Assembly: GCA_000004985.1 (NCBI GenBank)
Contig: GG738862.1
Direction: 5' to 3' (one strand)
Length of the DNA: 64,000 nucleotides
Source of the DNA: Naegleria gruberi
Lineage: Eukaryota
The notes under the pieces were generated by a model. It was not told the DNA's origin, ran no database searches, and saw only the letters and a program-made list of their open reading frames with translations. A program made the translations under genes and the position numbers. Positions 22,281 to 34,336 of this stretch are shown here, one piece after another; the first letter of the stretch is position 1; the number at the start of each line of letters is the position of its first letter.

Positions 22281-23405
22281 ATGGAAGAACATCAAGCTCT
22301 CGTTATTGACAATGGTTCTGGAATGTGTAAAGCTGGTTTCGCAGGTGAAGATGCTCCTCGTGCTGTTTTCCCATCATTGATTGGTAGACCAAAACAAAGG
22401 TCAATTATGGTTGGAATGGGTAACAAGGATGCCTATGTTGGAGATGAAGCCATGTCCAAGAAGGGTATCCTCGCTCTCAAATATCCAATTGAGCACGGAA
22501 TTATCACCAACTGGGATGATATGGAAAAGATTTGGCATCACACTTTCTATAATGAATTGAGAGTTGGACCTGAAGAGCATGGTGTCTTGTTAACTGAAGC
22601 TCCATTGAATCCAAAGGCAAATCGTGAAAAGATGACACAAATCATGTTCGAAACCTTTAGAGTTCCAGCCATGTATGTTGCCATTCAAGCTGTCTTGTCC
22701 TTGTATGCTTCTGGAAGAACTACTGGTATTGTTTTGGATTCAGGTGATGGTGTTTCACATACTGTTCCAATCTATGAAGGTTATGCTTTGCCACACGCCA
22801 TTTTAAGATTGGATTTAGCTGGTCGTGATTTAACTGATTACTTGATGAAGATCTTGATGGAACGTGGATACAGTTTCAACACCAGTGCTGAACGTGAAAT
22901 TGTAAGAGATATTAAGGAAAAGCTTTGTTATGTTGCATTTGACTTTGAAACTGAAATGAAGAAAGCATCTGATAGTTCATCCATTGATACTTCATATGAA
23001 TTACCAGATGGTAACGTTATCACAGTTGGTAACGAAAGATTCAGATGTCCAGAAGTTCTATTCCAGCCAAACTTTATTGGAATGGAAGCTGCTGGTGTTC
23101 ACGAAACTACTTTCAATTCTATTGGAAAGTGTGATATTGATATTAGAAAGGATTTATATGCCAATGTTGTTCTTTCAGGTGGTACAACCATGTTTGAAGG
23201 AATTGCTGAGAGAATGAACAAGGAATTGACAGCTATGGCTCCAGCCTCGATGAAGATTAAAGTTGTTGCTCCACCTGAAAGAAAGTATTCAGTTTGGATT
23301 GGTGGTAGTATTCTTTCCTCATTATCAACCTTTCAATCTATGTGGATATCTGCAGAGGAATATGAAGATGCTGGCTGTGCAATTGTTCACAGAAAATGTT
23401 TCTAA
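22281..23405 (+). CDS. act: Actin (divergent isoform, about 85% like conventional actins)
   Basis: Unmistakable actin sequence from [26 protein letters not shown] through [20 protein letters not shown]. Single exon. Confidence 0.95.
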   Translation: MEEHQALVIDNGSGMCKAGFAGEDAPRAVFPSLIGRPKQRSIMVGMGNKDAYVGDEAMSKKGILALKYPIEHGIITNWDDMEKIWHHTFYNELRVGPEEHGVLLTEAPLNPKANREKMTQIMFETFRVPAMYVAIQAVLSLYASGRTTGIVLDSGDGVSHTVPIYEGYALPHAILRLDLAGRDLTDYLMKILMERGYSFNTSAEREIVRDIKEKLCYVAFDFETEMKKASDSSSIDTSYELPDGNVITVGNERFRCPEVLFQPNFIGMEAAGVHETTFNSIGKCDIDIRKDLYANVVLSGGTTMFEGIAERMNKELTAMAPASMKIKVVAPPERKYSVWIGGSILSSLSTFQSMWISAEEYEDAGCAIVHRKCF

Positions 23406-23539
23406 ACCAAGTTTACTCATAGTCATCTATCACATAAATTGTAAATAACCAAAATAAATTATCCTTATTATCATGAGAACAGACAGCCCAAAACAACCTT
23501 TAACATTTTTAGAATCCATCATAGCTATTAAGGTAAAAA

Positions 23540-23657
23540 GACTACAGCACCACAGGTTCCCAAGTTGTCTCCAACCTCAGTACTGATGTGGCTCGACGAT
23601 GCTTAACTTCTCAAATCGGACGGGATGAGGTGCATTCATCGTGATATGGCCGTAGCC
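23540..23657 (-). rRNA. 5S ribosomal RNA gene followed by T5 terminator
   Basis: The minus-strand sequence GGCTACGGCCATATCAC...GTCCGATTTGAGAAGTTAAGC...GGGAACCTGTGGTGCTGTAGTC aligns along its whole length with eukaryotic 5S rRNA. A TTTTT run follows. Confidence 0.85.
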
Positions 23658-23753
23658 ATTCATAACCTTAAAACAATGAATATAAAGTATATGGAATACT
23701 AAATAATAAAGTGTTTAATTTTTCAATAGTTTGTTTTTCAAAGATTTGATGAG

Positions 23754-24299
23754 TTAACACTTTTCAATCCATTTGGCAACAAATTGACGATATTGTTCAG
23801 CACTTTCTTCCAATTCTTCAACTGATTTCTTATTGGCACGATAAGTAATGAATGGTTCGTTCCATTCTAATTTACATCTGTGAGCGAGAGCTTTCAATGG
23901 ATTCAACAAGTCATTGAGTGGAATCAAATTCTGACCTTGTGGAGTGTAAGCCTCCTCAAAATTGCCAGCAGTAACAGAGATCAATAATTGCTTACCCTCC
24001 AATTTCAATCCTTCCTCTCCATAACGAATATAGTACATTCTTGTAAAGGTTTCATCAATCCATTGTTTCATGAAAGCTGGCATTGAGTACCATTGGATTG
24101 GAAATTGGAAGATAATTCTATCTGCATTCAACAGTCTTTGAATATCAGAATTGGAATCAAACTTGTTACCATTCTCAGTAAATAATTGATGCATGTTGAT
24201 AATTTCAATATTGTCAAGAGTTGACAAGGCCTTTATCATTGAACGATTGGCTTGAGAGCTTTCAAATCTTTCGTGGAAGAAGAGTACAAGAGTAGACAT
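23754..24299 (-). CDS. Flavodoxin-fold NAD(P)H-dependent oxidoreductase (KefG / MdaB / general stress protein 14 family)
   Basis: VLFFHERFESS...NRSM...IIFQFPIQWYSMPAFMKQWIDETF closely matches the bacterial KefG/NQO-like Flavodoxin_2 signature. Confidence 0.7.
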   Translation of the reverse strand: MSTLVLFFHERFESSQANRSMIKALSTLDNIEIINMHQLFTENGNKFDSNSDIQRLLNADRIIFQFPIQWYSMPAFMKQWIDETFTRMYYIRYGEEGLKLEGKQLLISVTAGNFEEAYTPQGQNLIPLNDLLNPLKALAHRCKLEWNEPFITYRANKKSVEELEESAEQYRQFVAKWIEKC

Positions 24300-24574
24300 T
24301 TGTTTGTTTTGTTGTTGTTAATTTCGAATATTTGTGAAACATTCAAAATTAAATAGTATTTCTGAAATGTCTCCATTTAGATTTGTGCTTGCGCTTGACG
24401 GATTATTTTATAGCTCCCAATATTTTCTATGCGATAGGAAAGAATTATACTCACTACGTTCTATTTACTGTCAAATTGGGAATAAACCATTTCAAAGGAA
24501 TTCAGTAATTGATATTGAATTAAATTGAAAAATTCATTGAAATATAATAAACTGTGGAAAATAGATATCATTTA

Positions 24575-25420
24575 TTAACCGCCACCCTTCTTTTTAGTGG
24601 AATTAGATTTGGAAACTTTTCTTTGGGAAGAAGGCTTTGAAGAGTTTCGTCCTGAACTGCTTCTTGATCTTTGACCTACTGTGTTTCTTGAATTTGTATT
24701 CTTTCTGTTGCTATTATTATTGGTTCTACTGCTTGTACTTCTGGAAGAAACTACATTGTTTCTGTTAGAATTGTTCTTAGTGTTTCTGCTGTTTCTACTA
24801 TTATTTCTAGAAGAAACTTGTTGTTTCTTATTGGTACCACTTGCTTGATTCTTTTTAGATCTGTTAGCAACATACTTCTTGACATTCGAATAATCAGTCT
24901 TGAAATCATTCACAGAATCATAGGCACCCTTCAATCCATCAACATGTTTAATCTTATTCCAAGTTGACATTCTCTTGAATGTAACAGCATTCATCTTTGC
25001 CACTCTTCCAGCAGTTTTCAAAGCTTGTTTAGAAGCTCCAACAACTTTCGTCAACTTTCCACTAGAATTTACAAAGGTCTTGGCATTTTGAATGAGTTTT
25101 TTTGATTGAGCAACAGAAGTTGAGAGAGATTTCTTCAAAGCAGCAAAATTGGTTGGCAACTTGACACCTCCTCCTTTAATCAAATGCAAAGATTTCAATC
25201 CGCCATGAATTCCCAAAACTCCACTTACAACATTCACAGATTTCTTGACAACTTGGAAACTTTTTGATTTGACAACTGGTGCAATAAACTTGGCAGCCTT
25301 CTGCTCATATGGCTCCAACTTTTTAGAATAGGTACTAATGGAACCACCTGTGTTTTTGGAAATGCTAGCCAAAGATTTCATATTCCACTTTTCAAGTTTT
25401 TTAGCAACTGGTCCACTCAT
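24575..25420 (-). CDS. Basic Ser/Asn-rich low-complexity protein; frame is open a further 94 codons upstream without ATG (likely C-terminal part of the 26114 gene)
   Basis: 281-aa ORF from Met 25420. The same frame stays open to 25702 with no ATG, which argues the real gene is longer (see finding). Confidence 0.45.
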   Translation of the reverse strand: MSGPVAKKLEKWNMKSLASISKNTGGSISTYSKKLEPYEQKAAKFIAPVVKSKSFQVVKKSVNVVSGVLGIHGGLKSLHLIKGGGVKLPTNFAALKKSLSTSVAQSKKLIQNAKTFVNSSGKLTKVVGASKQALKTAGRVAKMNAVTFKRMSTWNKIKHVDGLKGAYDSVNDFKTDYSNVKKYVANRSKKNQASGTNKKQQVSSRNNSRNSRNTKNNSNRNNVVSSRSTSSRTNNNSNRKNTNSRNTVGQRSRSSSGRNSSKPSSQRKVSKSNSTKKKGGG

Positions 25421-25554
25421 GAATTCTCCAACTTTGTTGAATTTCTGTGAGTAGGTTCCAATATCGTCGACAACGTTTAGGCCGAGTGCGACCCAATCGA
25501 GAGGACTTGTTGGGATGATGAGGGTTTCAGCTCCAAGTTTGTTTCGTTTAGTTT

Positions 25555-26114
25555 CTAATAATGAAAGAGTTGGAGCTGATTGTCTGATTGTTCTTGTTGT
25601 TTCTTTTGTTGAGCAACGAGAGCGAGAGATGATTCCAATAACAAAGCTTTTGGAGTTTCTGCTTGTTGGAAGAGGTTGGAAACAATAACAGTCAATTGAT
25701 CTTTAAGATCTTTTTGCTCTTTCAATTGATTGGAAGGAATCATGTTAGCAATCTATTCGAAACATTATTAGAATTGTTATTAACAGAAGAGGATCAACTT
25801 ACATTTCTAATTTCGTTAGCTAGAATCAATATGTCTTCAGATATTTGAGTCGCATCCTTGGAAGAAACAGAAATTTCAATAATTGAAGCAGCCTTCTTTG
25901 AAAGTGAATCAATCTTTGGTTGACCATCTTGATTTGTTTCTTTTTTTACATGTGAAACTGATCTTTTCTTTCCAATTGATAAATCAATAGTGATGGTCAA
26001 ATCACCACCATCTTCGTGTCTTGAGCTGAGTACTGGAGTTGTGGCATGAGAAAGACAAGTCAACCAACAAACAATCAATACGAAACTCAATATTACACTA
26101 AACCATTTAGCCAT
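25555..26114 (-). CDS. Signal-peptide protein, exons 25794..26114 and 25555..25743 (50-nt GTAAGT..AATAG intron); ends at TAG where the downstream frame takes over
   Basis: MAKWFSVILSFVLIVCWLTCLSHA signal/anchor. The ORF-track stop VS* is GTAAGT read through. Exon 2 is in frame after the intron and is Q/K-rich. Confidence 0.45.
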
Positions 26115-27007
26115 TTTTCTTTGCAATGTTTCTTGCCAATTCTCAAGTAACTCTACTGTTCTCGAAACTGGAAAGATTGAATAACGTTTTGTAAACTTAC
26201 AAACCATTTCTCCCGTTTCAAAGTCAACTTTCAAAAAAAAGGGAACGGAAGATAATCTTTTCGTTCAAGAGACCACCAATGGAAATTGATTTGGATTTTT
26301 CCTAGTTGAATATATGTTTGTAATGGAATGAACTGAGGTGTTGAGTAAAAATGCATGCAACATTGCAAAAACTATTTAAAGAGTTAATTCTGATTTAACA
26401 GTGTGTTAGATTTGGTTATTCAAATAGCTGCTCTGATCCTTCGTACAGGTCACAGACCATGAGTTCTAATGATAGTATTGGGAATAACAAATTGAATCAT
26501 AAAGAAAAATAGTACTTAGTATGTTTCTGACTATGTAATTGAATACTATTTACCATTGCATCAATTTTATTATTGGTGATATTAAAATTCTCCACCTACT
26601 TTGAAGTTTCTTCCGTACTGCCTTTCAAATCTATCCTGCAACATCATCTCATTCAATAAACCTACATCTCTAACTTATACAACTTGTTTAAGGAATTATT
26701 ATTCTCATCGATCTTCTTATCTACCACCCCCAATCTCTTCACTAGTATTTAACGGCTCGGCTAGTGCTTCGCTTGGCGTTGCAGACGTTTTTTTGAGTTT
26801 TTTCTAAGGGACCTCAATGTTCCCATTCTAATCAATAACAAACTAATCCTCAACAAATAATTAATCAGCTTGAACAATAGCCTCAGTTGTTATGGATATC
26901 TAGAGAACTACTCACTATTGAAACTCTACGAGTAAAACTAATTCCAAGATTCACAAGTGTTAAAAATAGTGGGTATATTAATACTTTTATTTTTTTATGA
27001 ATGTGCT

Positions 27008-27078
27008 CGTCTCGTGGTGTAATGGTAGCATAGTGGACTTTGAATCCATTGACGGAGGTTCGATTCCTCCCGAGACGG
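27008..27078 (+). tRNA. tRNA-Gln (anticodon TTG)
   Basis: Acceptor CGTCTCG/CGAGACG with all 7 pairs Watson-Crick. Anticodon loop CTTTGAA. T-arm GGAGGTTCGATTCCTCC. Gln-type D-arm GGTGTAATGGTAGCAT. Confidence 0.8.
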
Positions 27079-27410
27079 TAACGTGGCGAGCCATCAGAAA
27101 TTTTTTATTTTCATGCCAACCGAGTTGCTTTGAGAATCAGTGACGTTTTTTGCCATTTTAACATGTTCTGATTTCATAAATACAATAAAATAAATAAACA
27201 AAATATTTGAATAGTTCAAATTTCAACAATTACGTATTGTCACTGACTGAAAACTTTTGAAACTTCTTAATCTACTTGTTTCTCGAAATCGCACAAAAGT
27301 TTGAACTTGGTACTATTACTGGAGAGAGAAAATAATTGCATGGCTAGCAACTGCAGCATCATGTTGACGATTAAAGCAGTGCTAGAAATCAAACATCATC
27401 TCACAACTGT

Positions 27411-29209
27411 ATGGAATCTCAAAAAAAAATGGCAACAACACCTTTGGATCTTTATATTCCGTCCCTGAATAGAACCTTGGATAACATGACGCTGTTGTAC
27501 TGCCAACTTCCTCTCTTTGAAATTGAAGGATTGAGTAGAGAAAAAGTTCCTGTATTTTCTAATGGTCTATGTCCTGACACGTGGTCGACATTTGGCACGG
27601 CCTTGACATTTCTGGTGGTGTATGTTGTGCAATTAGTGGCCAGTCTCGTTCTTATTATATGGAAGAGAAAAAATGGTTTCATTGTGGCCAGAAATCCTGT
27701 ATATATGGTAATGGCCAGCTGGTCAACTGTGGTTTATGTCTTGTTGGGTTCTATTAGGTTTTTAGTTGGTCGGAAAATCTTCCCATGTGCACTTTATACA
27801 TTTAGTTACTTTTTATTTCCTCCTACAATGATTTTACCAATCACATTGAGATGTACGAGGGCTTTCTTCTTGTACAAGGTTAGTTTCAAATTTATTCGAA
27901 TTGAAAATCATGAAATTGATGATTTAAATTTATGATATTTTATTGGATATCATGATGATAATGATTGGACATTTGGAAATTCTAGTTGAACTTGCTCAAA
28001 ACTAAACTTTTTGAAGAAATTCCAAAGAAGGACCCACAAACTAAACCAAAAGAAAGTGAATTAACCAAAGCCACTCCTCCATCCTCTCTCACTATTTCTA
28101 ATTCAGCGATTTCTGATATGGACAATACTTCATCAATATTGTCCACATCTGCTCTCAAGATTGCGATGGAAGAACCAGAAGACGAATTCACAAATTCAAC
28201 TAGAATCTCAGATCTCTCACAAAAGAAAGACTTTCGTCTATTGAAAGTCTACGAGTTTCTTTCTGGAAAGAAAATCATGACTATTGCCTACTTGACTGGT
28301 TTTGCATTGAGTATTGGAACTTGGTTACTGTTTGGAGTCATTGAGGAAGCTGCCTATTCGAATGATCCTAATCCAGAAAAGAAGAGAATCTTTCTCATAG
28401 AAGGAGGAATGTTAGTTTTCACAGTTGGTTGTTCAGTAACCATCACCGCTGTTCTTATCATTGCCATTTTGTGTTTGATTCTTATTGTTTTTGAGGTTTC
28501 GTTTTTAATTTTACTTTTCAAATCAGATCGTGACACTTGGAATATCAAGAAGGAAACGTTTGTGCAATTGATCTTCCAGATATTGGTTGGAATTCTATTT
28601 ATTGTGCTGAGTCAATTGCATGATTTTGATACAATGATTGATTACATGTGGCCTTACGCTAATGTTATATTTTATTACTTGTTGATTGACAATTTCATTT
28701 GTACCATATTGCCTATCATTTATGCAATTAGAAAGGATAGGAAAGATTCCAATTTTAATCAGAATGTGGATAAGGTGGAAGAGAAATCAGATTTGGAACG
28801 AATTTTGAGTGAGAAGAAAACATTTGATGTGTTATTGGATTTTGGAAGAAGAAGTTATTGCACGGAGAGTATTTTGTGTTATCGAGATATTCAAGATTAC
28901 AAAAAATTGAAAAAGCTTGCCACAAGAAAGAAGCTTGCTATGAGAATAATCAATTCCTATCTCAAGAAGGACTCTCCCTATGAATTGAATATGCCAAAGA
29001 TTGAACAAAGAGGTGAAGAATTGAAATCTATTGTAGAAAATAGTGATGAAATATCTAGAGATTTGTTCCAATCGATACAGGAACATTGCATGAATGATAT
29101 GAAAGATGTCTTTGAAAGGCTAAAATCATCTAATAAGGAGATTCAATCATTAATTACATCATGGAAAAGCAATTCTCAATCAGGTGCTGTTTCAACAGAA
29201 TTGAATTAA
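27411..29209 (+). CDS. Seven-transmembrane receptor fused to C-terminal RGS domain; exons 27411..27878, 27986..29209
   Basis: A 107-nt GTTAGT..TCTAG intron joins two ORFs in frame. There are 3 TM helices in exon 1 and 4 in exon 2. RGS box FDVLLDFGRRSYCTESILCYRDIQDYKK... Confidence 0.65.
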
Positions 29210-29369
29210 TCATTCAAGAACAACAAACAAATCATAACACGTTAGGTTCTCCATTAATTGGTATTATCAGCTTGAAAATACTTTTGAAATCGAATGAGCA
29301 ATCTCTTTGAACGGTCGAGGTTTTGACCTGGGTGCTCATCCAATATTGAACGAATTGAACAAAAATAAA

Positions 29370-30172
29370 CTATTGTTTCTTCCTTTTCAATTCATTCAAT
29401 TGGTGTGTAAGAACATTTGTCAATTCAAATTGATTCAACAGCACCGATTTGATAGTTCCAATCTCCTCTCTTTGTGCATACTTTTTCTTTCCATCATTTC
29501 TTGTTTGAGATTCCCTCTTGTTTTTAATGAATCTGTACGGATCCTCAGTAAAGTATATTATATTTTCCTTCTCTTCCTTCTCTGGGCTCTCACCAGAGAT
29601 GGTATTTTGAGCAATTTCTTTCTCAATTTCTATCTTCTTTTTTGATTTTAACCTTTCAAGTTCTACATTCTAAATATCAAAAAATTGTTGAATTCTATTC
29701 CTTGAAAATAAAAACATACAATTTCTGCTTCAACAATTTCCTCAATTGACATTGTAGGTTCATCCTCAAGAGACAAATCTGATGTATTCTTTGATAAGAG
29801 CAAAATTGGATTTCTCTTCAATGCCTCCTTTTGAATTTTCTTATTATAACTTCCATCCAATATTTCCTTCATGGTTGGTTTGGTGATTCGGGGAGGTTTC
29901 TGCTCAACTTTCTGAGGAGATGTTGGCGAAGAGCAAACAGATTTCGATCTTTGAATTGGTTCTTCCATTCTGATGAAGGTAAATTTGTCATCCAAAACTT
30001 CAGCAGGTAATTCCGAAGTGAATATTTCCTCTCGTTCCTCTTCATTATCAATTTTGAGAAACCCCAGAATATTGACAAACATTCTCTCATCCAAATACTT
30101 TTCAGCAGTTAGAAAACTACCATCCCTTTCCAACAATGATTCATTTGATGTATCCATTACAATTTGTTCCAA
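29370..30172 (-). CDS. Hypothetical acidic coiled-coil protein, 2 exons (29720..30172, 29370..29669)
   Basis: Exon 1 ends ..EEIVEAEI at GTATGT. A 50-nt intron ends TTTAG. Exon 2 NVELERLKSKKKIEIEKE...LNELKRKKQ* is in phase. The ORF-track stop was intron read-through. Confidence 0.55.
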
Positions 30173-30420
30173 TTAATAATAAACCCAATTTTAATATTGT
30201 TGATGATGTAAATTTCCCTCTTTTTGAAATGAAAATAGGAACGTTAAGGTAAAGGAATTTTTTTAATTGAAAAGACAATTTCTAAAATAGTTGTAGTAAA
30301 ATTAGGCGCCAATCGAAAGCACATCTTTTCGCGCCAAAAGATTGATTGGTTGTGGAAATTAAACATCAAAAATTCACTCATCAAAAAAAATACATCAACA
30401 ACAATAAAAGAATATACACA

Positions 30421-30873
30421 ATGCCAAAATTGTCCCAAGAACAACTTTCTGATGCCCAAGATGCTTTCAATCTCTATGACAGAGACGGTGATGGAAAGAT
30501 TCAAATTTCTGATCTTGGTACTCTCCTCCGTTGTTGTGGTAAGAACCCAACCAATGCTGAAGTTGAAAATTTGAAGCCTGAAGCTGATTCATCCAACTCT
30601 GGTTCATTCAACTTTGAAACATTGAAAACTCTTTTGGAAAAGTACACTTTCAAGGCTGATAACGAACAAGATGTTAAAGATTGTTTCCGTATCTTTGATA
30701 AAGACGGTACTGGTTTTGTCCCAGTTTCTGAATTGAGACACGTCTTGACAACATTAGGTGAAAAGTTGTCTGCTGCTGAAGTTGATGATTTGCTCCGTGA
30801 TGCTGAAGTTGATGACAATGGTAACCTTAACTATGCTACTTTTGTTCACATGCTCATGCCAAGCAAGAACTAA
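30421..30873 (+). CDS. EF-hand protein, myosin essential light chain / calmodulin-like
   Basis: Loops DRDGDGKIQISDL and DKDGTGFVPVSEL. Overall pattern matches non-muscle myosin light chains. Confidence 0.8.
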   Translation: MPKLSQEQLSDAQDAFNLYDRDGDGKIQISDLGTLLRCCGKNPTNAEVENLKPEADSSNSGSFNFETLKTLLEKYTFKADNEQDVKDCFRIFDKDGTGFVPVSELRHVLTTLGEKLSAAEVDDLLRDAEVDDNGNLNYATFVHMLMPSKN

Positions 30874-31260
30874 ATTATTTCCTCCATCACCATAATTTAA
30901 TTTATCAAAACATTCCAATCTCCCAATTTCAATTCCCTCCATATTACCTTCCCTTTGATAATTTTGACGTTCATATTAATTCATGATCGTCATTATTGTT
31001 GTATACAATATATTAAAATTAATTTAATTTAAATTATTATAATTAATCAATTTTACTATTATTGCAATCAACAGCTGATGAATTCACATCACTACCAAAC
31101 GTGATGAACATCATTCTCTTCTAAGAGTGGATCAACTTCTTCTTTCGTTCCATTCTCCTATTCGTGCAGACATTCAACAATTACATCAACCCCATCACGA
31201 TCGTTATTATTAATAATTCAATTATCTATCTAATAAGAAAAACAATTTATAATTAGAAAA

Positions 31261-32868
31261 ATGTCTCAACAGCCAACAATTGGAGAGACAATACCCTTTC
31301 CCTATTTGTTAGCCATTCCAAACGTTTACTATTGGAAAAAGGCTTTTAATCACATTGTAGGAACCTTGTACATAGCCTTTGATTTCTTGTATTTTGAAGG
31401 AAGGGAAGCAACAATCAATCCAATGATTAAAGTTTCATCATCAAGTGGATCATCACTCAAGAATTGGTCAACATCAATTATCGGATCATCATCAAGTAAT
31501 AATTCATCAAATAGTGAAGAAAGTACAACAGCAACAGAAGAGAATTCAAAAGTCTTGTCGGATAAGGATAAGGATTTGTCAATTGTTGTTCTATATGAAC
31601 ATGTCGGCTCGATTGTAAGGGAGAATTACTTGTTGAAACCATGTCTATGTATTAAAACGAATAGAGAAGAAGCCGAAAAGGTAAAGTTTCCATTTATTAT
31701 TAGAGGATGTTTACAATTTAATTAATTGGAATATTGTAGCATTACTTTTATGGATTGGAGAGTATTGCAAACACCATTTCGATTATTGAGCATGCAAGTT
31801 ATCTGTCATTAACATCTCAATTGGCTTGTAAATTAATTGCTATCAAACAAGATAGACCAGAAGTGAAATCTCATACTCAATCTAAAAGGAAAGAGAAATT
31901 AAAGACTCCAATTATTGGAGAAATGTCAGTTAAGGATAGAATAGAACACGAGAAAGATCAAATGATTAGACTAGCAAAAAAGACAAAGGAAGTTAATATA
32001 GATACTCTTAATGAATTGAATTATCAAACGAAAGAATTGAAAGAGACAAAGGAGAATTATTTGGAGCCAATCAAGGCATATAACTCACTTGGAAGTCGAT
32101 TACTGACTGGAATGTCTTGGGGAGGTTTTGCTAAAAACTTATGGAGTTATTCCAAGTGGAAAAAGATTGAAAAGGAAGCTCTCATATTTAGGGATGATAT
32201 TCAAAGGGAGAGGAGTTTGGACTTTAATTCATTATCTTTTGAGGTACTGGTGAGAAATTCAGACGAGAAGCATTGTAAGTTTCAATATTGTTTTATCTAA
32301 TAACCATTCCAAAGATGAATCATTTATTGCTGTGATTGGACCTAAGACTATCGATTTGATTCGAGACAAACAAACACGTGTGATATTGAGGCAATTTGAT
32401 TACAAGAGCTTGAATGGAATGAAAATTTTTAATCCATTTTTATTCGAAATGAGCGTTATGCAATTGGATGTAGATATAGTTGTGCTATCAGTATTCTCAC
32501 CTTTTATAGTGGAACAAATCAGAAATACCAATAGAGCACTAATCATAGAGGATGATAATCAATTGCTTTGCTCTAGCAGATACGATCCATTCAAATTCTA
32601 CTCAAAAGATTCTACTCAACTTGTAAATATTTCAGCCAGGACCATCCAAAAGTACAACCCAAAGACTGTCGGAGATAAATTGGAAAGTGATAAGGAAGCA
32701 AAGCTAGATTACTTGTACGATATTGTTACAGATATTAAGGATATTTCTGAAGTGACAGGTCAAGTCATTACAGATTCGAGTGAATTTTTGGAAGATTTCA
32801 TATCAGAGGTTGATGATGCTGATCAACATGTGAGAGCAAACATTAGAGCAATCAATAGAAAGTTGTAA
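31261..32868 (+). CDS. Hypothetical protein, 3 exons (31261..31680, 31740..32274, 32315..32868)
   Basis: GTAAAG..TTGTAG (59 nt) and GTAAGT..CAAAG (40 nt) introns link three ORFs in frame. N-terminal Ser-rich, C-terminal acidic. Confidence 0.5.
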
Positions 32869-32908
32869 TTGTTTTATCGAGATTTTCAATTTTTTTAATT
32901 TAAAAAAA

Positions 32909-34324
32909 ATGAAAAGACGAGAGCCAGAGGAAACCTCATCTTGCTCCGATATCAATCCAAGCAAGAAAACAAAGCAAACAACCAATTCTCAAGATTCTCA
33001 ATGTAAAAGTTTTGATGATGGTATTGTGGCGACAATTTTAAAATACTTAGATTCTATGAATGTTATCAAGAAATGTTTTTTACTCTCTAAACAGTGGTAT
33101 CGGTTGGCCATCACGGAATATAAATTTGCATTGGAATTTGATAAGGAAATGTGGGGCAAATTTGTGGAACTAATGTTTTCTGACCATGAAAACGTCGACC
33201 AACAAACATTTCTCTGTACATATCGAAAGAATATTATTGGATTGGATTTTGGAAACACCAGTCTTTCTTATCGTGATGCATGCCTTATTGCAAAATTTGA
33301 ATCATTAGAAGAATTAATTGGAGAAGTTGGGGATGAAATGGAAGCCCTTGTCGATTATTTGCCCAATTTAAAATCACTAGATGTTGGTTTGGTGCAGGAA
33401 ATTTGTTATGAAAATGTGGAATATATAAGTGAATTACAAAATTTGACCACTTTTTCTATTAGATACTCAAATATCGGAAGAAAACACCTTCAAATAATTG
33501 GTGAAATGAGTCAACTTACAGATCTTAATATATCTGGAAACCCAATTAATTCTTTACTACCAATAAGACCGCTCACTAGAATTACATCTCTATCAGCTGC
33601 AGACTGTAGTTTTTTAGGTGATGATGGAATATATCCTATTGTGAATTTTAAAGGGCTACAAAAACTCAATTTATCAAGCAATGGCATTACATGGGAAGGT
33701 TGCATGTTTATTAGTGAAAAATTTCCAAATTTAAGTCATCTATCCTTGAATGAAACCAGAATTTGTGACGGTGCTATTAAGAGATTGTCTAAGATGAAAC
33801 AGTTAACATATCTAGACGTTGGAAATAATGCAAAAATTACTATGGAAGGGATTAAATTAATTTCTAACAATTTAACCAACTTGACACATTTAAATATCAG
33901 CTCAAACAATGTGACTGATGAAGGTTTGATGATGGCTTGTGATCTCCCTAAATTACAAGAGCTCTTTGTAGGCCATAACCAAATTACTGATAGTGGAATT
34001 AACGAATTTTCTGAGAAAATTGGTAACAAATTGAAAATTCTTTCACTAAGTAGAAACAATATTACCTCACTTTGTACTCAATATTTATGTACCAAATTGA
34101 CAAACCTTAAGAAGCTATATTTGGCTGGTGTATCAATCACAGATGAAGATGTCAAGTTGATTTGTCAATGTATGAAATTATTGATATATTTAGATGTGTC
34201 TTGGAATAATGTTACAGATAAGTCATTGGAGTATGTTATTGCATCGGAGAGCCTTAGAGAAGTTGATGTAAATGGAAATGAACAAATCCATGATACAAAC
34301 TGGTCTAAAATTGGAAAACTTTGA
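32909..34324 (+). CDS. F-box / leucine-rich-repeat protein (RNI-like LRRs)
   Basis: IVATILKYLDSMNVIKKCFLLSKQWYRLA F-box, then about 12 LRRs (LxxLxLSxNxITDEG). Confidence 0.75.
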   Translation: MKRREPEETSSCSDINPSKKTKQTTNSQDSQCKSFDDGIVATILKYLDSMNVIKKCFLLSKQWYRLAITEYKFALEFDKEMWGKFVELMFSDHENVDQQTFLCTYRKNIIGLDFGNTSLSYRDACLIAKFESLEELIGEVGDEMEALVDYLPNLKSLDVGLVQEICYENVEYISELQNLTTFSIRYSNIGRKHLQIIGEMSQLTDLNISGNPINSLLPIRPLTRITSLSAADCSFLGDDGIYPIVNFKGLQKLNLSSNGITWEGCMFISEKFPNLSHLSLNETRICDGAIKRLSKMKQLTYLDVGNNAKITMEGIKLISNNLTNLTHLNISSNNVTDEGLMMACDLPKLQELFVGHNQITDSGINEFSEKIGNKLKILSLSRNNITSLCTQYLCTKLTNLKKLYLAGVSITDEDVKLICQCMKLLIYLDVSWNNVTDKSLEYVIASESLREVDVNGNEQIHDTNWSKIGKL

Positions 34325-34336
34325 TCAGTAATTTAT
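34307..34336 (+). repeat. 30-bp dispersed repeat AAAATTGGAAAACTTTGATCAGTAATTTAT, copy 1 (includes stop codon of the LRR gene)
   Basis: Identical 30-mer recurs at 37214..37243 in intergenic DNA. Confidence 0.6.

Noticed and set aside
29307-29645. Plus-strand 112-aa ORF
   Set aside because: Antisense to exon 2 of the well-supported spliced minus-strand gene 29370..30172.
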